From positions 1,501 to 65,500 of the forward strand of contig JAGAED010000003.1 of NCBI GenBank assembly GCA_017613275.1: a stretch of 64,000 nt of DNA. The letters run 5' to 3'. Shown one piece after another: positions 52,282 through 61,960 of the stretch. The notes beneath the pieces were generated by a model that saw only the letters and a program-made list of their open reading frames with translations, was not told the origin of the DNA and did no database searches. This DNA is from Clostridia bacterium. GTDB lineage: Bacteria; Bacillota; Clostridia; TANB77; CAG-508. Within the stretch, counting starts at the first letter, position 1, and every line of letters begins with the position of its first letter. The position numbers and the translations under genes are program-made.

Positions 52282-53102
52282 TGGTAGAAAATATAGCAGA
52301 AATGATGCAACATTTATTCATACAAAGAGCAGTATTAGTAGGAGTTTTAATAAGCTTATGTGCAGCACTTCTAGGAGTTAGTTTAGTTTTAAAAAGATAT
52401 AGCATGATAGGAGATGGCTTATCACATGTGGGGTTTGGAATTTTAACAATAGCAACTGCATGTGGTGCAACAACTCCGCTTTATGTTGCAATTCCATGTG
52501 TTACTATTTCGGCAATAGTATTGCTAAAAATAGGTAACAATAGTAGAATAAAAAGCGATAGTGCAATAGCTTTAATTTCAAGCTCAGCGTTGGCAATAGG
52601 CGTAGCAGCCACATCGCTTACAACCGGGATGAATACAGATGTGTGTAACTTTATGTTTGGAAGTATTTTAGCAATGAGCCAAGCAGATGTCATTTTAAGT
52701 ATAATTGTTGGTTTAATTGTTGCAGTTTTATTTATAGTTTATTACAGAAAACTATTTGTAGTAACATTTGACGAAAACTTTGCTAAAGCAAGTGGTTTAA
52801 AAGCTAATAGATATACAAACATAATCGCAGTATTAACAGCATTAATAATAGTAGTTGGAATGAGAATGATGGGAGTTATGCTAATAAGCAGTATAATAAT
52901 CTTCCCAGCACTAACATCAATGAGAATATTTAAGTCATTCAAAAAAGTAATAATAAGCTCAGCAATTATAAGTGTTATTTCATTCCTAATTGGAATATAC
53001 TTATCTTACATATACAACATAAGCACAGGCGCTATGATAGTAATAGTAAATTTAGTTTTATTTATCCTCTTTACAATAATAGAAAAAATAATAAGAGAAT
53101 AA
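52281..53102 (+). CDS. znuB: metal ABC transporter permease
   Basis: 273 aa with about 8 TM helices. Its start overlaps the znuC stop. Confidence 0.8.
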   Translation: MVENIAEMMQHLFIQRAVLVGVLISLCAALLGVSLVLKRYSMIGDGLSHVGFGILTIATACGATTPLYVAIPCVTISAIVLLKIGNNSRIKSDSAIALISSSALAIGVAATSLTTGMNTDVCNFMFGSILAMSQADVILSIIVGLIVAVLFIVYYRKLFVVTFDENFAKASGLKANRYTNIIAVLTALIIVVGMRMMGVMLISSIIIFPALTSMRIFKSFKKVIISSAIISVISFLIGIYLSYIYNISTGAMIVIVNLVLFILFTIIEKIIRE

Positions 53103-53121
53103 AAATGAAAGAAGAGAGAAA

Positions 53122-53700
53122 ATGAAGGTTAAGAAAATTGTTTTAATTTGTTTATTAATCATTTTGATTATAGGGATTGCACTTTTTTTAACAAATACAA
53201 AGGATACATCTGTTGAAAAAGCAAGTGACAAAAATAATAATACAATGAACGAAACAACAAATGAAATTTCTGAAGGAGAAGAAGAACAGGAAACTCCAAA
53301 AGAACCAACTATACGAAAATCAGCTCAGAAAGCACAAGCTGATATGGGCAATATTTTAGAAATAAAAGATAATTTTTTCATTGAACAGACAAATGATGTA
53401 TATTACAATATGAATGATTATTTAGGAAAAACAATAAAAATTGAAGGATTTATCTATAATTACAAAGATAGCAATGGAGATACTTGTTATTGCGTAGTCA
53501 GAAATACTCCAGGATGCTGTGGTAATGATGGATTGGCTGGTTTGGATATAAGATATTATGATGAATATCCAGAAGTAAACACTTGGGTAGAAATAATTGG
53601 AGTTATTGGAGAAGACTATGCTTTTGAACAAAAAATTCCTGCAATTCAAGTCACTTCATTAAAAGAAAAAGAACCAGGAGTAACATTTGTAACAAAATAA
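53122..53700 (+). CDS. DUF1980/TIGR03943-like Cys-motif protein, membrane-anchored
   Basis: CYCVVRNTPGCCGNDGLAGLDI resembles the CCxxD motif of that family. This is from memory. Confidence 0.45.
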   Translation: MKVKKIVLICLLIILIIGIALFLTNTKDTSVEKASDKNNNTMNETTNEISEGEEEQETPKEPTIRKSAQKAQADMGNILEIKDNFFIEQTNDVYYNMNDYLGKTIKIEGFIYNYKDSNGDTCYCVVRNTPGCCGNDGLAGLDIRYYDEYPEVNTWVEIIGVIGEDYAFEQKIPAIQVTSLKEKEPGVTFVTK

Positions 53701-53730
53701 AAATCTCGAACAAAATTCGAGATTTTTTTT
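53701..53730 (+). terminator. operon terminator
   Basis: AAATCTCGAA/TTCGAGATTT stem plus a T8 run. Confidence 0.8.
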
Positions 53731-53789
53731 ATTTGTTTGCTTGCTTTTTTTATTTGTTTAATATATTATATTTTTGAAGGAGATTGAAG

Positions 53790-54632
53790 ATGAGTATATT
53801 AATTGATGGAAAAGAATTAGCTAAAATAACAAGACAAAATTTAAAAATAGATTGTGATGATTTGAAAGAACAAGGAATAATTCCTAAATTAGCAGTTATA
53901 ATGGTTGGAGATAATCCAGCTTCAAAGGTTTATGTAAAAAATAAGAGCAAAGCTTGCGAAGAAGTTGGGATAGAATATGAGGAGTTTTTACTAGAAGAAA
54001 ATACTACTCAAGAAGAACTAATTAACTTAATAAAAGAATTAAACAAAAGAGAAGATATTACTGGAATACTACTACAAAGCCCAATTCCAGCACATTTAGA
54101 TATAAACGAAGCATTTAGAACAATATCACCAGAAAAAGACGTAGATGGATTTCATCCCGTAAATGTTGGAAAATTGACACTAGGTCAAGATACATTTGTA
54201 TCATGCACACCTTATGGTGTAATAAAAATGTTTGAAAAATACAACATAGACTTAGAGGGAAAAAATGTTGTAATAATTGGTAGAAGTAACATTGTTGGAA
54301 AACCGTTAATTCAATGTTGCTTAAATAAAAATGCAACAGTAACAGTTTGCCATTCAAGAACAAAAGATATAGTAGAATATACCAAAAAAGCTGATATAGT
54401 TATAGTTGCAATAGGTAAGGCAAAATTCCTAAAAGCAGATATGGTAAAAGATGGTGCAGTTGTAATTGATGTTGGAATTAACAGAGGAGAAGATGGAAAA
54501 CTTTGTGGAGATGTTGATTTTGAAAATGTATGTGAAAAAGCAAGTTACATTACACCAGTACCAGGTGGTGTTGGACCTATGACAATTGCAATGTTAATGA
54601 ATAATGTAATAAAAGCAGCAAAAAATAAATAA
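53790..54632 (+). CDS. folD: bifunctional methylene-THF dehydrogenase/methenyl-THF cyclohydrolase
   Basis: VGDNPASKVYVKNK and VTPVPGGVGPMT. Confidence 0.95.
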   Translation: MSILIDGKELAKITRQNLKIDCDDLKEQGIIPKLAVIMVGDNPASKVYVKNKSKACEEVGIEYEEFLLEENTTQEELINLIKELNKREDITGILLQSPIPAHLDINEAFRTISPEKDVDGFHPVNVGKLTLGQDTFVSCTPYGVIKMFEKYNIDLEGKNVVIIGRSNIVGKPLIQCCLNKNATVTVCHSRTKDIVEYTKKADIVIVAIGKAKFLKADMVKDGAVVIDVGINRGEDGKLCGDVDFENVCEKASYITPVPGGVGPMTIAMLMNNVIKAAKNK

Positions 54633-54672
54633 AAAATATTGCAAAATACAATATTTTGTGATATTATAATTA

Positions 54673-54887
54673 TGCGATGAGAAAGAAGAAATATATTGTG
54701 AAATTTTTAGAGAGCAAGTGATGGTGGAATACTTGTAATTTTAGGTATATGGTGGAGCTTTTGAGCATAAATTAAATAAATTAAGGTGGATATATTATTA
54801 TATCAATTAGGGTGGAAACGCGGAAATATAACTTTCGTCCCTAGCAAATTTTAATATGCTAGGAATGGGAGTTTTTTTGTTACCTAG
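54673..54887 (+). promoter_or_regulatory. T-box leader (glycine)
   Basis: GCGATGAGAAAG stem I start, an AGAGAG box, the T-box sequence AATTAGGGTGGAAACGCGG (54804-54822), and a terminator CCTAGCA/TGCTAGG plus a T-run. Confidence 0.8.
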
Positions 54888-54908
54888 CAAAGATAGGAGG
54901 AATTTTAT

Positions 54909-56291
54909 ATGGTAGAATCAATGGACAAAATTGTAAGTCTATGTAAAAACAGAGGATTTATATATCCGGGTTCAGAAATTTATGGAGGACTAGCAAATAG
55001 CTGGGATTACGGCCCTTTAGGAGTAGAATTAAAAAACAATGTAAAAAAAGCATGGACAAAAAAATTCATACATGAAAGAAAGGATTCAGTAGGGTTAGAT
55101 GCAGCAATAATAATGAACCCAGAAACTTGGGTAGCAACAGGACACGTATCTACATTTAATGATCCATTAATTGATTGTAAAGCTTGTAAAACAAGACATA
55201 GAGCAGATAAAATAATTGAAAATTGGGCAGCAGAACATGGAATAGATATGTGTGCTGATGGAATGAGCAATGAAGCATTAGTAAAATATATTGATGATAA
55301 TGGAATCAATTGTCCAAACTGTGGAAAACATGACTTCACAGGAATTAGACAATTCAACTTAATGTTCAAAACTTTCCAAGGAGTAACAGAAGATACAACA
55401 TCAACAGTATATTTAAGACCAGAAACTTGCCAAGGTATTTTTGTTAACTTCAAAAATGTAATGAGAACATCAAGAAAAAAAGTTCCAATGGGTATGGGAC
55501 AAATTGGTAAAGCATTTAGAAATGAAATAACACCAGGAAACTTTACATTTAGAACAAGAGAATTCGAACAAATGGAATATGAATTCTTCTGCAAACCAGG
55601 AACAGACCTAGAATGGTTCGAATACTGGGAAAAATATTGCTTAGATTTCTTATTAAGTTTAGGATTAAAAGAAGAAAATGTAAGATATAGAAAACATGAA
55701 AAAGAAGAATTAGTATTTTATAGTAAAGCAACAACAGATATCGAATTCAAGTATCCATTTGGATGGGGAGAATTATGGGGAATTGCAGATAGAACAGACT
55801 ATGATTTAACAAGACATCAAGAACATGCAAAAACAGATATGTCATACTTAGATGTTGAGACAAATGAAAGATACATTCCTTATGTAATTGAACCATCAGT
55901 TGGTGTTGACAGATTAGCTTTAGCATTCTTATGCAATGGTTATGAAGAGCAAGATTTAGGTGAAGGAGATTCAAGAGTTGTACTTCACTTACACCCAGCA
56001 ATAGCACCATTTAAAGTTGCTGTTCTTCCACTATCTAAAAAATTGAGCGAAAAAGCAGAAGAAGTATATGAAGAACTTTCAAAATATTTCCCATGTGATT
56101 ATGATGAAGCTGGTTCAATTGGTAAAAGATATAGAAGAGAAGATGAAATTGGTACTCCATATTGCGTAACTATTGATTTTGATACATTAGAAGATGGTCA
56201 AGTTACTGTTCGAGATAGAGATACAATGGAACAAGAAAGAATTGCAATTACTGATTTAAAAGCTTGGTTAGATTCTAAAATGGATTTTTAA
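54909..56291 (+). CDS. glyQS: glycine--tRNA ligase (alpha2 type)
   Basis: 460 aa with class II motifs, [21 protein letters not shown]. Confidence 0.95.
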   Translation: MVESMDKIVSLCKNRGFIYPGSEIYGGLANSWDYGPLGVELKNNVKKAWTKKFIHERKDSVGLDAAIIMNPETWVATGHVSTFNDPLIDCKACKTRHRADKIIENWAAEHGIDMCADGMSNEALVKYIDDNGINCPNCGKHDFTGIRQFNLMFKTFQGVTEDTTSTVYLRPETCQGIFVNFKNVMRTSRKKVPMGMGQIGKAFRNEITPGNFTFRTREFEQMEYEFFCKPGTDLEWFEYWEKYCLDFLLSLGLKEENVRYRKHEKEELVFYSKATTDIEFKYPFGWGELWGIADRTDYDLTRHQEHAKTDMSYLDVETNERYIPYVIEPSVGVDRLALAFLCNGYEEQDLGEGDSRVVLHLHPAIAPFKVAVLPLSKKLSEKAEEVYEELSKYFPCDYDEAGSIGKRYRREDEIGTPYCVTIDFDTLEDGQVTVRDRDTMEQERIAITDLKAWLDSKMDF

Positions 56292-56469
56292 ATTTGTAAA
56301 TTAATAAAAAATATATAGACTAAATATATATTCTTCCCGGGTCTCCCCATTCACACAGTTCTAACAGGCAAAGCCTGAAAGAACTATGGAACGGTCCCCA
56401 CTTGACCACTCACAGAATATATATTTAGTCTTTTATTCTTGTATTTGGACTTTACAAATTTAAAAATCC
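56282..56469 (+). ncRNA. unclassified structured element, copy A (nested inverted repeats + twin C-rich boxes)
   Basis: Outer 19-bp IR 56282-56300/56451-56469. Inner 18-bp IR 56317-56334/56414-56431. Core TCCCGGGTCTCCCCATTC, hairpin AGTTCT-CAGGC-AAA-GCCTG-AGAACT, then GGAACGGTCCCCAC. Confidence 0.6.
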
Positions 56470-56514
56470 ATGTTATAACTATGTAAATTTTTTAAAGGAG
56501 GTTGAAATAGAAAA

Positions 56515-57156
56515 TTGAATCAAATTAAAGAAATTTCAATTCTTGATGAAAATTATCCAGAATTGTTAAAATCAATTTATGATCCACCAAAGTGTTTATA
56601 TGTTGTTGGAAATATTGAAATTCTTAATTCTCCAGGTATTGCAATAGTTGGTTGTAGAGAAGCAACAGAATATGGGAAAAAGGCGGCTATGTATTTTTCT
56701 TATAATTTGGCAAAGCAAGGTATAACTATTGTAAGTGGCTTGGCAAGGGGAATTGATAGCTATTCACATATTGGAGCTTTACAAGCAAAAGGAAATACAA
56801 TAGCAGTAATAGGAAGCGGATTGGATATAATCTATCCAAAGGAAAATGAACAATTGGCTAAAAAAATAATAGAACAAGGTGGAGCGATTATATCAGAATA
56901 TCCATTAGGAACAAGACCAACACAAGACCATTTTCCAGCTAGAAATCGAATAATAAGCGGACTCAGCAAAGCAGTTTTAGTAGTTGAAGCAAAAGAAAAG
57001 AGTGGTTCTTTAATCACAGCAGATTTTGCAATGGAGCAGGGAAAAGAAGTTTATGCAGTTCCTGGCAATATCAATTCATTAAATTCAGTTGGCACAAACA
57101 ATTTAATCAAAGATGGAGCAATTCCAGTTTCAAATTTTTCCGATATTTTAACATGA
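56515..57156 (+). CDS. dprA: DNA-processing protein DprA (short form)
   Basis: TTG start. GLARGIDSYSHIGAL and FPARNRIISGLS. 213 aa. Confidence 0.8.
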   Translation: MNQIKEISILDENYPELLKSIYDPPKCLYVVGNIEILNSPGIAIVGCREATEYGKKAAMYFSYNLAKQGITIVSGLARGIDSYSHIGALQAKGNTIAVIGSGLDIIYPKENEQLAKKIIEQGGAIISEYPLGTRPTQDHFPARNRIISGLSKAVLVVEAKEKSGSLITADFAMEQGKEVYAVPGNINSLNSVGTNNLIKDGAIPVSNFSDILT

Positions 57157-57405
57157 CTGTATCTTAGTGAAATAGCTACTTACAACGGTATTTGTCGAAA
57201 AATGTCGATGAAAAGTTCTTTACAAAATCCGAATAATATGGTAACATAATCCCAGATAAAGTTTTAAGTATGTTCTTTTCATTCAAAAACTTAAAACAAA
57301 TCTAATTTTTTCGAAAAAATTAAAATCTAAAAATTTCCCCAAAATTAAAATCAAATTAGAATTTTAAAAAACTGTTATTCATAGAAAGTAGGTGAAGCAA
57401 TATGT

Positions 57406-58113
57406 ATGATTAGCTTTGCAAAACGATATGTAAATATTATAAGTATAATTATTTCAATAACAATATTCTGTTTTTTAAACAATCAAATTTTTAATAAAAA
57501 TATTCAAATACAAAATTTTTCAGTATCTAGTAAAATCCAAGAAATAACCAATAATTTAGAAAAAGAAAATAATGCAGTTTCAGATCAAATAATTAATCAA
57601 CAGAGCGAAAACCAACAGAACGAAAATCAGAAACAAGAAGAACAGCCAATTGTTGAAAATACTGATAATCAAGATAGTAAAGAAGAAACATCCAATGGAG
57701 AAAAAAATCAAAATAATAAGCGTGATTTTGTGTGGCAAATTGAGGTTCCTGCAATTAATCTAAAGGCCAGCATAGCAGAAGGAACAACCAAAGAAGTTAT
57801 GGACGAATTTGTAGGTCATTTCGAAGAAACTGCTAAAAACCAAGGAAACATAGGATTAGCAGCACACAATAGAGGTTATATAGTAAATTACTTTCAAAAT
57901 TTGAAAAAGTTAAAAGAAGGTGATGAAATCATTTATAAATATAAAGAATTTGAAAAAAGGTATGTTGTAAAAACTTTAAAGATTATAAGTGATGAAGATT
58001 GGAGTTTGCTAGAAAATACTGAAGACAATAGAATCACACTAATTACGTGTGTAGAGAATGAACCTCAGTATAGGCGCCTTGTTCAAGGCGAGGAGGAATT
58101 CACCAATAATTGA
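57406..58113 (+). CDS. sortase family transpeptidase
   Basis: TM anchor, GLAAHNRG, the TLITC catalytic motif, and a conserved Arg in YRRLV. Confidence 0.85.
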   Translation: MISFAKRYVNIISIIISITIFCFLNNQIFNKNIQIQNFSVSSKIQEITNNLEKENNAVSDQIINQQSENQQNENQKQEEQPIVENTDNQDSKEETSNGEKNQNNKRDFVWQIEVPAINLKASIAEGTTKEVMDEFVGHFEETAKNQGNIGLAAHNRGYIVNYFQNLKKLKEGDEIIYKYKEFEKRYVVKTLKIISDEDWSLLENTEDNRITLITCVENEPQYRRLVQGEEEFTNN

Positions 58114-58256
58114 GTTTTTACTTCGTTAAACTTCACATCGCAAATCCTCAACGTAATTTATGTACGCCTCCGGTTTGCTCGTTCGTTTGCCTTGTAAAAT
58201 TCCCAATTCTTGGCGAATGGGAAATATGAAAAAAATAAAAAAAGGAGTAAAAAAAT

Positions 58257-59276
58257 ATGAAAAGATTTAAAAAAATAGTTTTAACACTAATGACAATGTT
58301 TATAACACTTGCAATGAACTTTCTAGGTCTTGCAAATAGTGTAAATGCTGCAGATTTAGGCAAAAATATTCAATTGCAAAACGAAGGAGATTGCGGAGCC
58401 TTACTAAAATTTAATGGCTCTCAGGTCGTTACAGTATATGTAACTTACAATAGCAGTAATGGTAATATATATCCAGCATATTGCTTAAACAGAGATTTAA
58501 AAGGAGTTGGAAAAGTTGATGCTTATGCAGTTTCAACAAACGATTATGTAACAGATGTAGGATTATGGAGAAGAATTATAAATGGATATCCATATAAAAC
58601 AATAGAAGAACTTGGTTGTGCCAATAGATATGAAGCATTTACAGCAACAAAACAAGCAATTTATTGCTATATTCATGGAAACAATCCAGAAGATTATGAA
58701 GCAATAGGAGAAGCAGGAGAAAGAACACTAAATGCTTTAAAAACAATAGTTGCAAATGCCCAAAATTCAACAGAAACAAAGCTTGAAACAAGTATAAGCA
58801 TAGAAAAGCCAAAAACAGAATGGGTAGAAGATACAATCAATACCGAATATGTATCAAAAACTTATAGCGTAAAAGCAAATGCAGATTTAAAAAAATACCT
58901 TATAAATATAGAAAAATCAGGTGAAAAAGAATTACCAAAAGGAATAAAAATTGTCGATTTAAATAATAAAGAAAAAACAGAATTTAATAAAGGGGAAAAG
59001 TTTAAAATCATAATTCCAATTCAGTCTTTAACAGAAGATGGAGCTTTTAAAATAAATGTAAAATCAGAATTAAAAACAAAACCTATAATCTATGGAACAG
59101 CACCAAATCCAGAATATCAAGACTATGCATTAACTGGTTTTGAATATGAAAATGGCGAAGGAAATGTAGAAGACGATTATAAGAAAATTGAAAAGAAGGA
59201 AGAGAAAAAAGAAGAAGAAAAACCAAAAGAAGAAATAAAACCTGTTGTGAAAAAACTACCTAAAACAGGAATGTAA
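58257..59276 (+). CDS. secreted thioester-domain (TQXA-like) surface protein ending LPKTGM*
   Basis: Signal peptide ..NSVNA-AD, PAYCLNRDLKG, TATKQAIYCY, and a C-terminal KKLPKTGM followed directly by a stop. Confidence 0.65.
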   Translation: MKRFKKIVLTLMTMFITLAMNFLGLANSVNAADLGKNIQLQNEGDCGALLKFNGSQVVTVYVTYNSSNGNIYPAYCLNRDLKGVGKVDAYAVSTNDYVTDVGLWRRIINGYPYKTIEELGCANRYEAFTATKQAIYCYIHGNNPEDYEAIGEAGERTLNALKTIVANAQNSTETKLETSISIEKPKTEWVEDTINTEYVSKTYSVKANADLKKYLINIEKSGEKELPKGIKIVDLNNKEKTEFNKGEKFKIIIPIQSLTEDGAFKINVKSELKTKPIIYGTAPNPEYQDYALTGFEYENGEGNVEDDYKKIEKKEEKKEEEKPKEEIKPVVKKLPKTGM

Positions 59277-59440
59277 AAATACACAAAAAGTTAAAAACTC
59301 TCAAAGCGAGTTTTTAGCTTTTTTATGTTGAATTCATTGACATTTTTGCAATTTCGTTGTATTATAATAACGTAAAAAGCGAAATATAGATATCGTTTTT
59401 AAAATCCTAAAAAAGCATTTTGGATAGAAAGGAAAAAATT

Positions 59441-60235
59441 ATGGGAGAAGTAATTGTTATAACATCAGGTAAAGGTGGAGTAGGAAAAACAACAACAACT
59501 GCAAATCTTGGTTCAAGCTTAGCTGTAGAAGGCAAAAAAGTTTGTCTTGTGGATACAGATATTGGATTAAGAAACCTAGACGTTGTAATGGGACTTGAAA
59601 ACAGAATAGTATATGACATAGTAGATGTTGTAGAAAAAAAATGCAAACTTAGACAAGCCCTAATAAAAGATAAAAGATTCAAAGAATTATATCTACTACC
59701 AGCTGCCCAAACAAGAGATAAAAGTGCTGTAAATGAAGAACAAATGATAGAATTAACAAATACACTAAAAGAAGAATTTGATTATATTTTAATCGATTGC
59801 CCAGCAGGAATAGAACAAGGATTTAAAAACGCAATTGCAGGAGCTAATAGAGCGATAGTAGTTACAACAGCTGAAATATCAGCTATAAGAGATGCAGACA
59901 GAATTATAGGATTATTAGAATCATCAGATTTAAAAAATCCCGAACTAGTAATAAATAGAATTAGACCAAACATGGTAAAAAAAGGTGAAATGATGGATGT
60001 AGACGACATAGTTGACCTTTTATCAATCGACCTTATAGGTGTAGTTCCAGATGATGAATACATAATAACACAAACAAATAAAGGAGAACCTGTAATTCAA
60101 AATAGAAAAGCTCCATCTGGTAAAGCGTACATAGAAATAGCAAAAAGAGTATTGGGAGAAAAAATAGAAGTTACAATACCAGGCAGAGAAAAAGGCTTTT
60201 TTGCAAAATTAAAAAAGATATTCGGTAGAAAATAG
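59441..60235 (+). CDS. minD: septum site-determining ATPase MinD
   Basis: Starts VIVITSGKGGVGKTTTTANL and has a C-terminal amphipathic helix. Confidence 0.95.
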   Translation: MGEVIVITSGKGGVGKTTTTANLGSSLAVEGKKVCLVDTDIGLRNLDVVMGLENRIVYDIVDVVEKKCKLRQALIKDKRFKELYLLPAAQTRDKSAVNEEQMIELTNTLKEEFDYILIDCPAGIEQGFKNAIAGANRAIVVTTAEISAIRDADRIIGLLESSDLKNPELVINRIRPNMVKKGEMMDVDDIVDLLSIDLIGVVPDDEYIITQTNKGEPVIQNRKAPSGKAYIEIAKRVLGEKIEVTIPGREKGFFAKLKKIFGRK

Positions 60236-60263
60236 AAAATTAAAGTCAAAGGAGTAGTGGACA

Positions 60264-60830
60264 ATGTTTGAAAACATATTAAAGTTTTTCAAAAAAGCAA
60301 AAAATGAAGATAAAAAAATTACAGATTCAAAAAGTGCAGCAAAAGAAAGGTTACAATTAGTTTTAATGCAAGATAGAGCTAATGTTTCAGCAGACTTTTT
60401 GGATTTAATGAGACATGAAATAATCGAAGTTATAAAAAAATACATAGATGTAGATGAAAAGTCAATAGATGTTAGATTAACAAATATAGAAAATGAAGAT
60501 GGCACAAATGGTGCACCAGCATTATATGCAAATATTCCTATTTTAAATATAAAAAATGAAGCAAGAAAAGTAGATAGTTCAAAAATAAAAGAAATCAGAG
60601 AAGAGAAAAAAGAAGAAGACGACATGGCAAAAGATAAAGAAAAAGACGAGGCTAAAAAGCCAGAAGAAAAAGAAGCGGAAAATAAAGAAGAGAATAAAAA
60701 AGAAGAGAAAGAAGATACTGCAAAAGAAGAAATTAAAGAAGAAGAAAAAAATGAAAACGAAGAAGATTCAAACAAAGAAGAAGATTCAGAACAAAGCGAA
60801 AAAGAAGAACTTACTACAGAAAATAAATAA
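60264..60830 (+). CDS. minE: cell division topological specificity factor MinE with a ~95-aa K/E-rich extension
   Basis: SAAKERLQLVLMQDR..ADFLDLMRHEIIEVIKKYI is the MinE core. The remainder is a KE-rich tail. Confidence 0.85.
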   Translation: MFENILKFFKKAKNEDKKITDSKSAAKERLQLVLMQDRANVSADFLDLMRHEIIEVIKKYIDVDEKSIDVRLTNIENEDGTNGAPALYANIPILNIKNEARKVDSSKIKEIREEKKEEDDMAKDKEKDEAKKPEEKEAENKEENKKEEKEDTAKEEIKEEEKNENEEDSNKEEDSEQSEKEELTTENK

Positions 60831-60844
60831 AAAGGAATTTTAAA

Positions 60845-61951
60845 ATGAGAAAAAGAGAATTAAAAAATATGGAATGGTGGGTTTTAATAATAGCCCTCAT
60901 TTTATGCGCTATAGGCCTAGTTGCACTATTTTCAGCAACTCAAAATTCAAATTATGACTCATTTTACAAACAATTATTGTGGCTTGGAATAAGCTTAGGT
61001 ATAATGGTTATATTTGCAGTAATAGACTATGAAAAAATAGTAAAAGCATCACCAATATTTTATGTTGTGTTTTTAGTATTACTGGTAGCTGTATTATTTA
61101 CAAAGCCTATAAATGGTGCAAGTAGCTGGTTTGATATAGGATTTTTTTCCTTCCAACCAAGCGAATTTGCAAAAATATTTTTAATACTATTTTTAGCGTA
61201 TGTAATATCTAAAATACAGGCAAAACAAAAAGAAGACATAAATAAAATTTCCAGATTATTGTTAATACTAATCATAATAGGAATACCAATTTTACTAATT
61301 GTAAAAGAGCCAGACTATGGAACTGCAACAGCATTCATAATAGCAACTTTAATGATGCTATTTACAGCTGGAATAGATAAAAAATATATAATAGTTACAG
61401 TATTATTAGTAGCGATAGCAGTACCAGTTTTATATAACTTTGTATTACCAGATCACGCAAAACAAAGAATAGACGTATTCTTAAATCCAGAATCTGACCC
61501 AAGAGGGGCAGGATATAATATATTGCAATCAAAACTTGCGATAGGAGCTGGAGAGTTTACAGGGATGGGAGTATTAAAAGGAAACCAAACACAGCTAGGT
61601 TTCTTATATCCTAAAACCACAGACTTTATATTCTCTGTAATAAGTGAAGAAATGGGATTTGTAGTATCAACTAGTATTATAATTTTATATGTTGTTCTGA
61701 TAACAAAAGCGCTATATATAGCTAAAACTGCAAAAGACACAAAAGGTTCGGTAATTGCAACAGGAATAGCTGGAATATTCCTATTCCATATGCTAGAGAA
61801 TATAGGAATGGTAATGGGATTATTACCAATAACTGGTGTACCGCTATTATTTATCAGCTATGGTGGTAGTTCTCTAATAACAAGCTTTATATGTGTTGGG
61901 CTATTATTAAATATTAGTGGGAAAAGACAAAAAACTATTTTTGTAAAATAG
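60845..61951 (+). CDS. rodA: SEDS family peptidoglycan polymerase (RodA/FtsW)
   Basis: 368 aa with 10 TM helices, PSEFAKI and GVPLLFISYGGSS. It lies downstream of minDE. Confidence 0.8.
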   Translation: MRKRELKNMEWWVLIIALILCAIGLVALFSATQNSNYDSFYKQLLWLGISLGIMVIFAVIDYEKIVKASPIFYVVFLVLLVAVLFTKPINGASSWFDIGFFSFQPSEFAKIFLILFLAYVISKIQAKQKEDINKISRLLLILIIIGIPILLIVKEPDYGTATAFIIATLMMLFTAGIDKKYIIVTVLLVAIAVPVLYNFVLPDHAKQRIDVFLNPESDPRGAGYNILQSKLAIGAGEFTGMGVLKGNQTQLGFLYPKTTDFIFSVISEEMGFVVSTSIIILYVVLITKALYIAKTAKDTKGSVIATGIAGIFLFHMLENIGMVMGLLPITGVPLLFISYGGSSLITSFICVGLLLNISGKRQKTIFVK

Positions 61952-61960
61952 AGATATTTC

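Noticed and set aside
57157-57405. A 250-bp AT-rich gap between dprA and the sortase gene, with a TTTTTTCGAAAAAA palindrome, considered as an ncRNA or a small ORF.
   Set aside because: Only a 19-aa ORF without an RBS and weak hairpins are present. The sequence alone supports nothing.
58114-58256. A relatively GC-richer spacer upstream of the adhesin gene, with a TTCCCA/TGGGAA hairpin, considered as a riboswitch or a third copy of the structured element.
   Set aside because: It lacks the UCCCCA and GGNCGGUCCCCAC boxes and the nested-stem architecture, and I recognised no known motif.
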